Positions 1 to 7,835 of a stretch of DNA of 14,019 bases are shown piece after piece. Each line of letters starts with the position of its first letter. The stretch's first letter is position 1. The notes below the pieces were generated by a model. That model worked only from the letters and a program-made list of their open reading frames with translations. It was not told the DNA's origin and searched no databases. Source of the stretch: Candidatus Pacearchaeota archaeon (GTDB lineage Archaea > Nanobdellota > Nanobdellia > Pacearchaeales > GW2011-AR1); contig NZDC01000026.1 in NCBI GenBank assembly GCA_002689985.1, positions 1 through 14,019 of the forward strand. The letters run 5' to 3'. The translations under genes were made by a program, and so were the position numbers.

Positions 1-114
1 AATTGGGAGATTTTATTTAAAGAATTAATTAATAGTTATAAAAAATCTAAAGATTCTAAAATAGTTCTTGAAAGACTAAAACAAGTTGAAAAAAGAGGAC
101 GATATAAACATTAA
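1..114 (+). CDS. 3' end of an unidentified CDS that runs off the left edge (..NWEILFKELINSYKKSKDSKIVLERLKQVEKRGRYKH*)
   Basis: Frame 1 is open from position 1 to the TAA at 112-114 (37 codons). No motif recognised. An open frame this short is only weakly significant in AT-rich DNA. Confidence 0.25.
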   Translation, partial: NWEILFKELINSYKKSKDSKIVLERLKQVEKRGRYKH

Positions 115-115
115 A

Positions 116-188
116 TAGCCCTACCAGGATTCGAACCTGGGTTTCAGGCTTCAAAGGCCTGCATTCTTGACCACTGAACTATAGGGCT
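116..188 (-). tRNA. tRNA-Gln (anticodon UUG)
   Basis: The reverse complement of 117-188 folds as AGCCCTA-TA-GTTC-AGTGGTCAA-GAAT-G-CAGGC-CTTTGAA-GCCTG-AAAC-CCAGG-TTCGAAT-CCTGG-TAGGGCT. This gives a 7-bp acceptor stem, a D arm, a 5-bp anticodon stem with a 7-nt loop C-U-UUG-A-A, and a T arm with GTTCGAAT. The A1-U72 pair is typical of archaeal tRNA-Gln. Position 116 supplies discriminator A. No CCA is encoded and there is no intron. Confidence 0.9.
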
Positions 189-210
189 ATAAAGAAAAAA
201 ACTGATAGTG

Positions 211-227
211 ATTTATAAGACTTTTGG
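211..227 (-). promoter_or_regulatory. Candidate BRE/TATA promoter for tRNA-Gln
   Basis: The minus strand reads CCAAAAG-TCTTATAAAT. The TATA centre lies about 27 nt upstream of the tRNA 5' end at 188, directly after the minD-like stop codon. Confidence 0.4.
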
Positions 228-234
228 AATAGAA

Positions 235-1026
235 TTATTTAAACATAACTTCATAAAATATCTCTCTATTAATATCTTGTCTTCTAGGATTTATATTAAA
301 AAAATCACCCATCCTAAAAGGTTTATATTTTTCTCCAATAAGTGTTGCTGCAAGTTTTTTGTATTCTGTTGTACCTTTTGATCTTGGTTTATGAGCTGTA
401 GATGGTGTAAATTCAGATAATGCTTTTAAAATATTAACATCATGGGGAATAACTGCTAAAACAGGAACTTCTGATGCTTTTTCAATATCTTCTATTGATA
501 ATTCAAAATTTTTATTATGAACTTTGTTAAGAATTAACCCATTAATAGGAGTTTTTCTTTGCTTTGCTAATTTAACTGCTTTCATAGTTGTGCTTAAAGT
601 TGGATGATCTGCAGTTGTTACAACAAGAATCTCATCAGATGCATATATTGCTGCTAGAGTTTCATCATTTAATGCAGGAGATGAGTCAATTAAAATAACA
701 TCATATTTTTTCTTTAAACCACTAATTTTATTTCTTAATTCTAATGGATTGATATTTACTTTTTCAAATATAGATGCTGGAATTATATCTAAATTTCCAC
801 GTTCATGAATTGCATCACTAACTTTTGCATTCCTACTTAAAACATGATGGAGTGTTACTTCAGGATCAATTATATTTAAATGAATTCCTAAATTTGGAGC
901 AGAAAAATTTGAATCAATTAATAAAACTTTTTTCCCAAAATCAGCTATTGCTGATCCTAATGAGACAACTGTCGTCGTTTTACCCACTCCTCCTTTTAAA
1001 CTCAAAACACCTATGGTTTTTCCCAT
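235..1026 (-). CDS. MinD/ParA-family P-loop ATPase (archaeal MinD-like)
   Basis: 263 aa with an ATG start. It has the deviant Walker A LKGGVGKTT near the N-terminus, LLIDSN (switch I region), a Walker B-like VILIDSSP, and the length and layout typical of MinD/Mrp-like ATPases. Confidence 0.85.
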   Translation of the reverse strand: MGKTIGVLSLKGGVGKTTTVVSLGSAIADFGKKVLLIDSNFSAPNLGIHLNIIDPEVTLHHVLSRNAKVSDAIHERGNLDIIPASIFEKVNINPLELRNKISGLKKKYDVILIDSSPALNDETLAAIYASDEILVVTTADHPTLSTTMKAVKLAKQRKTPINGLILNKVHNKNFELSIEDIEKASEVPVLAVIPHDVNILKALSEFTPSTAHKPRSKGTTEYKKLAATLIGEKYKPFRMGDFFNINPRRQDINREIFYEVMFK

Positions 1027-1045
1027 AATATATCATGGTTTTATG

Positions 1046-1055
1046 TATTTAAATA
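1046..1055 (-). promoter_or_regulatory. Candidate TATA box for the MinD-like gene
   Basis: Palindromic TATTTAAATA centred about 25 nt upstream of the ATG at 1026, implying a leaderless or near-leaderless mRNA. Confidence 0.35.
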
Positions 1056-1094
1056 TTTTTATAATTAACATATAAATAGCTTTTCTTACTAAAC

Positions 1095-1102
1095 TTTAAA
1101 TA
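1095..1102 (+). promoter_or_regulatory. Candidate TATA box for the OFOR operon
   Basis: TTTAAATA centred about 26 nt upstream of the ATG at 1125. No Shine-Dalgarno sequence lies in between. Confidence 0.4.
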
Positions 1103-1124
1103 TTAGCAAATTTTCTTATATAAA

Positions 1125-2642
1125 ATGAGGTTGAATATATTAATTGGGGGGAAAGCTGGTCAAGGAATAAATTTTATTTCTGAAGTGATATCCAAAACTG
1201 TAACAAATCACGGTTATTTTACATTTAATTATAGAGATTATTCTTCTGTAATAAGAGGAGCACATAATTTTAATATTCTTTCTATATCTGATGAAAAAAT
1301 AGAAAGTCATGAAAGTCATTTAGATGGAATTATTGCAATGGATGAAAATACAATAAAAATACACAAAAAAGAACTGAAAAAAAATGGTTTTATTATTAAT
1401 TCTAAAAAATTTATTGATTTAAAGAAAAATCTAAATATTGCTCTTTCTGGAGCTTTAATTAAAATACTTGGTATTGATAAAGAATTTCTCATTAATGAAA
1501 TAAGAAAAAAATTTGATAATGAAGATGTTTTAAAATCAGTTGAAAGAGGATATATAACTCAAGAAAATAAATTTAAATTAAAAAAACTAAAAAATGATCT
1601 TAAAATAATGAGTGGTAGTAAAGCTATTGCAAAAGGCGCAATAAATTCAAAAATTGATATTTACTTTGCTTATCCAATGACTCCTGCAACAGGAGTTTTA
1701 AATGAATTAGCATCTAAACAAATAAAAAATAATTATCTTGTTTTTCAAAATGAAAACGAAATTGCAGTTGCAAATGCAGCTTTAGGTGCAAGTTTTTCTG
1801 GAGCAAGAGTAATGATTGGAACAAGTGGTGGGGGATTTGATTTAATGGCAGAAGCTTTAAGCTTGCAAGGAATTACTGAATTACCTTTAGTTGTTTATCT
1901 TGCATCTCGTCCAGGGCCTGGAACAGGACTTCCAACTTATACTTCCCAAGGAGATTTGAATCTAGCATTAAGAAGCGGTCATGGAGAATTTCCACGAGTT
2001 GTAATAGCACCTGGAAATCCAAAAGAATCTATAGAAAAAACAAATGAAGCTTTTTATCTTTCTCAAAAGTTTAATTCTCTTTCAATTATACTTTCAGATA
2101 AACATCTTGCTGAATCTGAATTTTCACTAAATAAAAATATAAAAAATCCACTTTCAATAAAAATGGAAAGAAAAATTCCTGGAAAAACAATTGTAAAAGC
2201 TTCAAGTTATGAACACGATCAATTTGGAAATACAATTGAAGATGCAAAAACAACAATAGAAAATGCAAATAAAAGAATTGAAAAATATAAATCAATAAAA
2301 AAAGAATGTGAAAAATTTGAGATGATCAAAATTCATGGTAAGAAAAATAGTAAAAATCTAATTATTGGTTGGGGATCAACAAGAGGTGCAATTATTGATG
2401 CAATAAAAGATTTGGATTTTAAATTTTTACAAGTTATTTATTTAAAACCCTTATCAAATAAAATAAAAAAAGAAATCCAAAATGCAAAAAAAGTAATCTT
2501 AATTGAAAATAATTTAACAGGACAACTTGGAAGATTGATTAGAGAGAAAACCGGAATTAAAATTGAAAATAGAATCTTAAAATATGATGGAAGGCCTTTT
2601 TATTCAGATGAATTAAAAAAAGAGATATTAAAAGTAAAATGA
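1125..2642 (+). CDS. 2-oxoacid:ferredoxin oxidoreductase, fused gamma-alpha subunit (two-subunit Sulfolobus/Aeropyrum-type OFOR)
   Basis: 505 aa. The N-terminal ~165 aa resemble the gamma subunit/domain III (ILIGGKAGQG loop). The rest carries alpha-subunit motifs (AYPMTPAT, GTSGGGFDLM, SRPGPGTGLPT). The stop overlaps the beta-subunit start (ATGA at 2639-2642). Confidence 0.85.
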   Translation: MRLNILIGGKAGQGINFISEVISKTVTNHGYFTFNYRDYSSVIRGAHNFNILSISDEKIESHESHLDGIIAMDENTIKIHKKELKKNGFIINSKKFIDLKKNLNIALSGALIKILGIDKEFLINEIRKKFDNEDVLKSVERGYITQENKFKLKKLKNDLKIMSGSKAIAKGAINSKIDIYFAYPMTPATGVLNELASKQIKNNYLVFQNENEIAVANAALGASFSGARVMIGTSGGGFDLMAEALSLQGITELPLVVYLASRPGPGTGLPTYTSQGDLNLALRSGHGEFPRVVIAPGNPKESIEKTNEAFYLSQKFNSLSIILSDKHLAESEFSLNKNIKNPLSIKMERKIPGKTIVKASSYEHDQFGNTIEDAKTTIENANKRIEKYKSIKKECEKFEMIKIHGKKNSKNLIIGWGSTRGAIIDAIKDLDFKFLQVIYLKPLSNKIKKEIQNAKKVILIENNLTGQLGRLIREKTGIKIENRILKYDGRPFYSDELKKEILKVK

Positions 2643-3475
2643 AAGAAAATCTAAGAACAAAAAATGCAATCACTTGGTGTCCTAGTTGTCCAAATAATAT
2701 GATTTTAGAATCAACAAAAAGAGCCTTAACAAATCTAATTAAACAAGGAAGAAAAAAAGAAAATTTTGCAATTGCGACAGGAATAGGGTGTCATGGTAAA
2801 ATATTTGATTACCTAAATGTGTCTGGATTCTATGGGCTGCATGGGAGAGTTTTACCAACGGCTTTAGGAATAAAATTAGGAAATCCTAATTTAACTGTTC
2901 TAGGATTTGCAGGTGATGGGGATACATATTCTGAAGGAATAGGTCATTTCATAAGTATGGGACGATATAATCCAAATATTACTCTTATTGTTCATGACAA
3001 TCAATCTTTTTCACTTACAACAGGGCAAGCTACTCCTACAAGTCAACAAGGTTATAAAACTAAATCAGAACCACTTGGAGAATTTAATTTACCATTAAAC
3101 CCGATTAAATTAGCAATATCTTCTGGAGCAACTTTTGTTGCAAGATGTAATGCAAGAGATATTAATCATACATCCAAAATTATAGAACAAGCAATAAAAC
3201 ATAAAGGATTTTCTTTTGTTGAAATTCTTCAGGATTGCATTATATTCAACTTAAAGATAAATAATAAAGATAAATTAATGTACAAAATACCAACAAAAAA
3301 TAGGAAAATAAAAGAAGCTCTATCTCTTGCTGATGAATGGGATTATAATTTGAGAAAAGGTAAAATTCCCTTAGGAATTTTTTATCAAGAAAAACGAAAA
3401 ACTTTAGAAGAAAAATGGCCTCAATTGTCATACCTTCAAAAAAAGAAAATTAGTTGGAAAGATTTAAAAAAATAA
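2639..3475 (+). CDS. 2-oxoacid:ferredoxin oxidoreductase, beta (TPP-binding, [4Fe-4S]) subunit
   Basis: 278 aa. The Cys set WCPSCPN, GIGCHG and LQDCIIF gives four cluster ligands in the positions expected for two-subunit OFORs. The TPP-binding motif is GFAGDGDTYSEG...VHDNQSFSLTTGQ. Confidence 0.88.
   Translation: MKENLRTKNAITWCPSCPNNMILESTKRALTNLIKQGRKKENFAIATGIGCHGKIFDYLNVSGFYGLHGRVLPTALGIKLGNPNLTVLGFAGDGDTYSEGIGHFISMGRYNPNITLIVHDNQSFSLTTGQATPTSQQGYKTKSEPLGEFNLPLNPIKLAISSGATFVARCNARDINHTSKIIEQAIKHKGFSFVEILQDCIIFNLKINNKDKLMYKIPTKNRKIKEALSLADEWDYNLRKGKIPLGIFYQEKRKTLEEKWPQLSYLQKKKISWKDLKK
3466..3472 (-). terminator. Candidate oligo-T archaeal terminator for acs, embedded in the last codons of the OFOR beta gene
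   Basis: The minus strand reads TAA-T-TTA-TTTTTTT immediately after the acs stop. On the plus strand the same A7 run encodes the terminal Lys residues of the beta subunit. Confidence 0.3.
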
Positions 3476-3476
3476 A

Positions 3477-5393
3477 TTAAATAATCTTTTCTATTTCTTT
3501 AACAGAATCTGGATTAACTAAAGTCATTAATCCTTCAGGCTTTTCTTTATTTAAAATATTTTTTAGAATTCTTCTCATGATTTTTCCTGAACGAGTTTTA
3601 GGAAGTTCTTTTACAAAGTATATTTTTGAAGGTCTTGCAATAGGTCCAATTGTTTTATCAATATGTTTTTTTAATTGTTTTTCTAAACTTAATGTTGAAT
3701 TTCCTGATTTAAGCACTACAAATGAAACAGGAACTTCTCCTTTTATTTTATCAGGAATTGAAACGACTGCTGATTCATTTATATTTGAATATTTATTTAT
3801 TGCATTTTCAAGTTCTGCAGTTGATAATCTATGTCCTGCAACTTTTATTACATCATCTGTTCTTCCAGTAATTCTAATTAATTTATTTTTTATATATGCT
3901 CCATCACTAGTATCATACTTATTTCTAAATCTCTTAAAATAAGTGTCTTTGTATTTTTTAGGATTTTTATAAATTCCATGAAGCATTCCTGGAGCAAATG
4001 GACTTAATTGAACTAAAGATCCTATTTTTCCATCTTTTACTTTTTTTCCTTTTTCATTTACAACAATATGTTTTGTTCCTGGAAAACTATATCCAGAGAT
4101 TGTTGGAATAAATGGACCTACTCCCGGTAAAGAATTAATTAAAGATCCTCCTGTTTCTGTTTGCCACCAAGTATCAATTATAGGACATCTTGATTTTCCA
4201 ACTTTTTTAAAATACCACTCCCATGTATCTTTATCTATCGGTTCTCCAACAGTCCCAATTATTCTAAGTGTGTTTAATTTGTGTTTTTTTAAAAATTTTT
4301 CACCAGCTTTCATAAACATTCTAATTGCAGTTGGCGCAGTATAAAACACTGTTATTTTATTTTTATCAATTATATTCCACCATCGATTGTAATTTGGATA
4401 ATCTGGAGTTCCTTCATAAATTACTGTTGTTCCTCCATTTAAAAGAGGTCCATAAAAAGCATAAGTATGTCCTGTTATCCATCCAACATCTGCAGTACAC
4501 CACATCACATCATCATTATGTAAATTAAAATTCCATTTAGTTGTCCAATAAGCATATGTTGCATAACCCCCTATATCATGAACAACTCCTTTTGGTTTTC
4601 CAGTTGTTCCAGAAGTATATAATATAAATAAAGGATCTTCAGAATTCATCATTCTTGGTTTATAATAAGAATCTGCTTTTTCTATTTCTTTTTCAAATGA
4701 AATAAATTTCCTAGAATATTTCTTATTTTTACTTAAACGATTAACAATAATAACTTTTCTTACTTTTGTTCCAATGATTGCTTTATTAACTTTTTTATCT
4801 AGATATTCTTTTTCTCCTCTTCGATAATATCCATCAGCACTAATTAAAATTTTTGCTTTTCCGTCTTGTAGTCTTGTTTTTAATGCATCTGCCGAAAAAG
4901 CAGAAAAAACAACAGAGTGAATAGCGCCAATTCTAGTACATGCAAGTATTGCAATTAACACTTCAGGAATCATCGGCAAATAAATTGCAACAACATCTCC
5001 TTTTTTAACTCCTAATTTTTCTAAAACATTTGCAAATTTGTTAACCTTTTTAGATAATTCATTATAAGTTAATTTAACAGTCTTTTCAGATGTAGGTTCT
5101 GGAACCCATATTAAAGCTGTTTTATCTCCTTTATCCTTTAAATGACGATCTAATGCATTAATACAGAAATTTAATTTTCCTCCTTTAAACCACCAAAAAT
5201 AAGGTAATTTTTCTATGTAAGTTTTTTTCCAAGATTTTTCCCAAATTAAACCTTCTTTTGCTAATTTATCCCAGAATTTAACAGGATTTTTATCAGCTTG
5301 TTTGTATATTTTATTATCCTTAATCCAAGCAATTTTTTTTATCTCATTGCTAGGCCAATATTTATCTCCTTTTTTTATTATATATTTTTTCAT
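3477..5393 (-). CDS. acs: Acetyl-CoA synthetase, AMP-forming (acetate-CoA ligase)
   Basis: About 638 aa. Motifs: YTSGTTGKPKGV (AMP-binding), TWWQTETGG, DDVIKVAGHRLSTAELE, and PKTRSGKIMRR (the conserved catalytic and acetylatable Lys). The track start at 5399 is a TTG. The ATG at 5393-5391 is preferred because it forms an ATGA overlap with the upstream CYTH stop. Confidence 0.93.
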   Translation of the reverse strand: MKKYIIKKGDKYWPSNEIKKIAWIKDNKIYKQADKNPVKFWDKLAKEGLIWEKSWKKTYIEKLPYFWWFKGGKLNFCINALDRHLKDKGDKTALIWVPEPTSEKTVKLTYNELSKKVNKFANVLEKLGVKKGDVVAIYLPMIPEVLIAILACTRIGAIHSVVFSAFSADALKTRLQDGKAKILISADGYYRRGEKEYLDKKVNKAIIGTKVRKVIIVNRLSKNKKYSRKFISFEKEIEKADSYYKPRMMNSEDPLFILYTSGTTGKPKGVVHDIGGYATYAYWTTKWNFNLHNDDVMWCTADVGWITGHTYAFYGPLLNGGTTVIYEGTPDYPNYNRWWNIIDKNKITVFYTAPTAIRMFMKAGEKFLKKHKLNTLRIIGTVGEPIDKDTWEWYFKKVGKSRCPIIDTWWQTETGGSLINSLPGVGPFIPTISGYSFPGTKHIVVNEKGKKVKDGKIGSLVQLSPFAPGMLHGIYKNPKKYKDTYFKRFRNKYDTSDGAYIKNKLIRITGRTDDVIKVAGHRLSTAELENAINKYSNINESAVVSIPDKIKGEVPVSFVVLKSGNSTLSLEKQLKKHIDKTIGPIARPSKIYFVKELPKTRSGKIMRRILKNILNKEKPEGLMTLVNPDSVKEIEKII

Positions 5394-5971
5394 ATCCAAT
5401 GTTTTTTATCTTTAATTCCTTTATTCCAAAGCATTTTTGTATAACCAGTATTATCGATATCTTTTTTCTCTATATTTAATTCTTTTAAAACATCATAGAT
5501 TTTTTTCTTTGCTTTTTTTATTTCAATTGGTTTTACAATATATTCTATTTCCATAAAATAACCTAAATGTTTTACTTTATTTATTTCAATTACTATTCTT
5601 TTATCTTTTTTATGAATATAAGATTCAGAAGTCTTAATTTTTTTCATCCATTCAACAAATCCAAGATCTTCTATTAAAGCAAGGAAATTTTCTATTTTTT
5701 TTATTTTAAATTCAAACTCTTCTTTTACAACAATCTCTTTTGTCCAAAAATCTTTTTTCCATTTTTTAAAATTAATAACATATTCCTTTCCATTATTTCT
5801 TATTCTAAATGCTTTTTTTGGATAACCCTGTTTTCTAAATTTCTCATTTAATGCAAAATAATCGTCACTTCTATTTTCTATTTTCTTAAGATTAGCTATC
5901 TCCCTTATTCTTTTTCTTAAAGAATTAACATCGTTAATTTTAACTTTAGTTTCAACCTCTAATAAAACCAT
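5390..5971 (-). CDS. CYTH-domain protein (triphosphate tunnel metalloenzyme / CyaB-like class IV adenylyl cyclase family)
   Basis: 193 aa. It has the N-terminal ExExK signature (LLEVETKVK), followed by alternating charged beta-strand motifs FRIR, EFEFK and MEIEY, which are characteristic of the CYTH tunnel. Confidence 0.75.
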   Translation of the reverse strand: MVLLEVETKVKINDVNSLRKRIREIANLKKIENRSDDYFALNEKFRKQGYPKKAFRIRNNGKEYVINFKKWKKDFWTKEIVVKEEFEFKIKKIENFLALIEDLGFVEWMKKIKTSESYIHKKDKRIVIEINKVKHLGYFMEIEYIVKPIEIKKAKKKIYDVLKELNIEKKDIDNTGYTKMLWNKGIKDKKHWI

Positions 5972-6049
5972 TTTTTTATCCTATATTTTTATTAAAAACA
6001 GGATGGTATATAAATCTAGCTTTATATTTTAAAAAAGGAGATAGTAAGA

Positions 6050-6057
6050 TTTAAAAA
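6050..6057 (+). promoter_or_regulatory. Candidate TATA box for rps15
   Basis: TTTAAAAA centred about 25 nt upstream of the ATG at 6079. Confidence 0.35.
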
Positions 6058-6078
6058 AGTATATTACAACTTAATAAA

Positions 6079-6438
6079 ATGCCAAAAAAATTAAAAAACA
6101 AAAAAAAGGATTCTGATAAAAAAGATACAAAATCAAAAAAAATATCTCAATTAGATTTTGAAAAAAAGATTATAGAATTATCTAAAAAAGGTCTTACTAG
6201 TGAAAAAATAGGAGAAGAATTGAGACAACAAAAAATTCATCCAAAAGAGTATAATAAAAAGATTTCTCAAATACTAGGAGATAAATACGTAAATCCTGAT
6301 TTAAAAAACATTAAAGAAAAACTTGAAAGAGTTAAAAAACACTCTGAAAAAAATAAACAAGATAAAAGAGCAAAAAGAGAAAAAGATAGAATATTTTCAC
6401 AACTTAGAAAATTTAAGAAATATTTTAAAGTAGAATAA
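6079..6438 (+). CDS. rps15: 30S ribosomal protein uS15 (S15P/S13e)
   Basis: 119 aa. The core IIELSKKGLTSEKIGEELRQQKIHP...ISQILGDKYVNPDLKNI...KHSEKNKQDKRAKREKDRIFSQLRKFKKYFK matches the archaeal S15P pattern (LAK.G.S.S.IG..LRD..G.P...I..IL...G..P..PEDL...R.HL..N..D..SKR.L...ES.I.RL..YYK). The N-terminus is Lys-rich and shorter than usual. Confidence 0.85.
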   Translation: MPKKLKNKKKDSDKKDTKSKKISQLDFEKKIIELSKKGLTSEKIGEELRQQKIHPKEYNKKISQILGDKYVNPDLKNIKEKLERVKKHSEKNKQDKRAKREKDRIFSQLRKFKKYFKVE

Positions 6439-6462
6439 ATTATCTAAGTTTGAAATAAAAAA

Positions 6463-6467
6463 GGGGG
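6463..6467 (+). promoter_or_regulatory. Possible Shine-Dalgarno-like GGGGG ahead of the recJ-like gene
   Basis: AAGGGGGAAATGG-ATG. The purine/G run lies 6 nt upstream of the ATG at 6474. The gene follows rps15 by only 35 nt with no obvious TATA box, so it looks like an internal operon gene. Confidence 0.3.
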
Positions 6468-6473
6468 AAATGG

Positions 6474-7811
6474 ATGGAAGAAATACAAAATTCTTTAGAA
6501 ACAAAAATTAAATTAGTAGCTAGAGAATTTCTTGAAAAATCAAAAGATAAAGAAATTCAAATAATAAGCCACTTTGATACTGATGGCATTAGTTCTGCTT
6601 CAATAATAATTCGGGCATTAAAAAGATTAGATAAAGTTTTTTCTATAAAGATTATAAAAAGTCTTGAAGAACAATTTATATGCGATTTACCAAAAGAAAA
6701 ACTTTTTATTTTTCTAGATTTAGCATCAGGAAGTCTAGATTATATTGCAAATTCAGAATTAAAAGATGTATTTATAATAGATCATCATGAGATAATTCAA
6801 AAAATTTCGGAAAATGTACATATAATCAATCCAGAATTACATAATAAACAAAAAATAAGTAGTTCTGGACTTACTTATCTTTTTTGTAAAGAAATAGATC
6901 CTAAAAATAAAGAACTTTCAAAAATAGCTATTTTAGGAATGATTGGAGATATACTAGAAAAAGATATAAGTAAATTAAATAATGATATTCTAAATGATGG
7001 AAAAATAAAGAAAAAAAGAGGCCTACTTCTTTATCCTTCAACAAGACCATTAAATAGAACTCTTGAATTTTCATCCAAACCATATATTCCGGGAATTACT
7101 GGAGATGTGGAAGGAGTTAAAGAATTATTAAAAGAAATTGGATTAACTCCTATAAATGGAAAATACAAGAGCCTTATAGAACTAAATAATGAAGAAATGG
7201 AAAAATTAGTAACAGCAATAATGTTAAGAAATCCAAAAGCAAAACATGATGAGATGATTGGAAATATCTTTTTAATAAATCTATTTAATAAATTAGAAGA
7301 TGCAAGAGAATTAAGTGCTATGATTAATGCTTGTTCAAGATTGGGAGAAACTAATATAGCAATTCAATTTTGTATGGAAATTTCAAAAGTGAAAAAAAAG
7401 GCAGAATCAATACATGCAAAATATAAACAATTTTTAATATCTGGATTAAAATTTGTATCAGAAACAAAAAAAATAGAAGGAAAAGGTTTTGTAATAATTA
7501 ATGCAAAGAATATAATAAAAGATACAATGATTGGAACAATTACAAGTATACTTTCAAACTCTCCATTATATGAAGATGGAACAATAATAACTGCAATGGC
7601 ATATTATGATGGAAAAATAAAGATATCTTCTAGAAATGTTGGAAGAAGTGGAAAAAATGTAAGAGAAATTTTAAACAGAATAATTGAAAAAATAGGTGGA
7701 GAAGTAGGAGGACATGAATTTGCAGCAGGAGGTATTATTTCTAGAAATAAAGAAAAAGAATTTATTGATTCATTACAAAAAAGCTTTGAAGTTGAGTTAG
7801 TAAAGATTTAA
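6474..7811 (+). CDS. recJ: Archaeal RecJ/Cdc45-like DHH-family phosphoesterase (GAN-like nuclease)
   Basis: 445 aa. DHH motifs: HFDTDGISS (I), FLDLASG (II), IIDHHE (III) and GMIGD (IV), plus the DHHA1 motif GGHEFAAGG. Its position directly downstream of rps15 is a known conserved archaeal neighbourhood for RecJ/Cdc45 homologues. Confidence 0.85.
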   Translation: MEEIQNSLETKIKLVAREFLEKSKDKEIQIISHFDTDGISSASIIIRALKRLDKVFSIKIIKSLEEQFICDLPKEKLFIFLDLASGSLDYIANSELKDVFIIDHHEIIQKISENVHIINPELHNKQKISSSGLTYLFCKEIDPKNKELSKIAILGMIGDILEKDISKLNNDILNDGKIKKKRGLLLYPSTRPLNRTLEFSSKPYIPGITGDVEGVKELLKEIGLTPINGKYKSLIELNNEEMEKLVTAIMLRNPKAKHDEMIGNIFLINLFNKLEDARELSAMINACSRLGETNIAIQFCMEISKVKKKAESIHAKYKQFLISGLKFVSETKKIEGKGFVIINAKNIIKDTMIGTITSILSNSPLYEDGTIITAMAYYDGKIKISSRNVGRSGKNVREILNRIIEKIGGEVGGHEFAAGGIISRNKEKEFIDSLQKSFEVELVKI

Positions 7812-7813
7812 AA
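7806..7813 (+). promoter_or_regulatory. Candidate TATA box for aIF2-alpha, overlapping the recJ-like stop codon
   Basis: ATTTAAAA centred about 26 nt upstream of the ATG at 7836. The TAA stop of the upstream gene (7809-7811) sits inside it. Confidence 0.35.
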
Positions 7814-7835
7814 CCCTTATTTTTCTTCATAAATT

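Noticed and set aside
116-234. The tRNA-Gln as a possible integration hotspot or genomic-island border.
   Set aside because: No integrase or recombinase is adjacent, and I could not find a direct repeat of the tRNA 3' half elsewhere in the window. Both flanks are ordinary housekeeping genes with the same composition.
3577-3942. Track ORFs nested antisense or out of frame inside strong genes: 825-1028(+), 2086-2295(-), 3246-3431(-), 3577-3942(+), 4325-4528(+), 10636-10905(-) and 13273-13623(+).
   Set aside because: Each lies entirely within, or largely overlaps, a CDS with clear family motifs (MinD-like, OFOR alpha and beta, Acs, Ndk, RPA). Their translations are Leu/Phe/Ile-rich low-complexity strings, as expected when Lys/Glu/Asn-rich AT-biased genes are read in the wrong frame or on the wrong strand. 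No motifs were found, and several begin with TTG.
5394-5399. The TTG start for acs at 5399 as listed in the ORF track (protein beginning MDM...).
   Set aside because: The in-frame ATG two codons downstream (5393) creates the classic ATGA stop/start overlap with the CYTH gene and is the more likely initiation codon. The difference is only two residues, so the call is low-stakes.
6035-6040. A perfect AAGGAG Shine-Dalgarno-like hexamer in the CYTH/rps15 divergent intergenic region.
   Set aside because: No ATG, GTG or TTG follows at 4-10 nt on the plus strand. The next in-frame triplets run into TAA. rps15 starts 39 nt further on and has its own well-spaced TATA box.
6079-6140. Long A runs (A7-A8) in the Lys-rich 5' part of rps15 and elsewhere, as possible programmed frameshift or slippage sites.
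   Set aside because: The reading frames continue uninterrupted into conserved domains. Poly-A tracts are the expected consequence of AAA Lys codons in an AT-rich genome.
7246-7252. C-box-like ATGATGA, which might mark a C/D box sRNA.
   Set aside because: It lies inside the recJ-like CDS. No CTGA D box, C'/D' pair or terminal stem is visible within the next ~70 nt. A single heptamer match is expected by chance.
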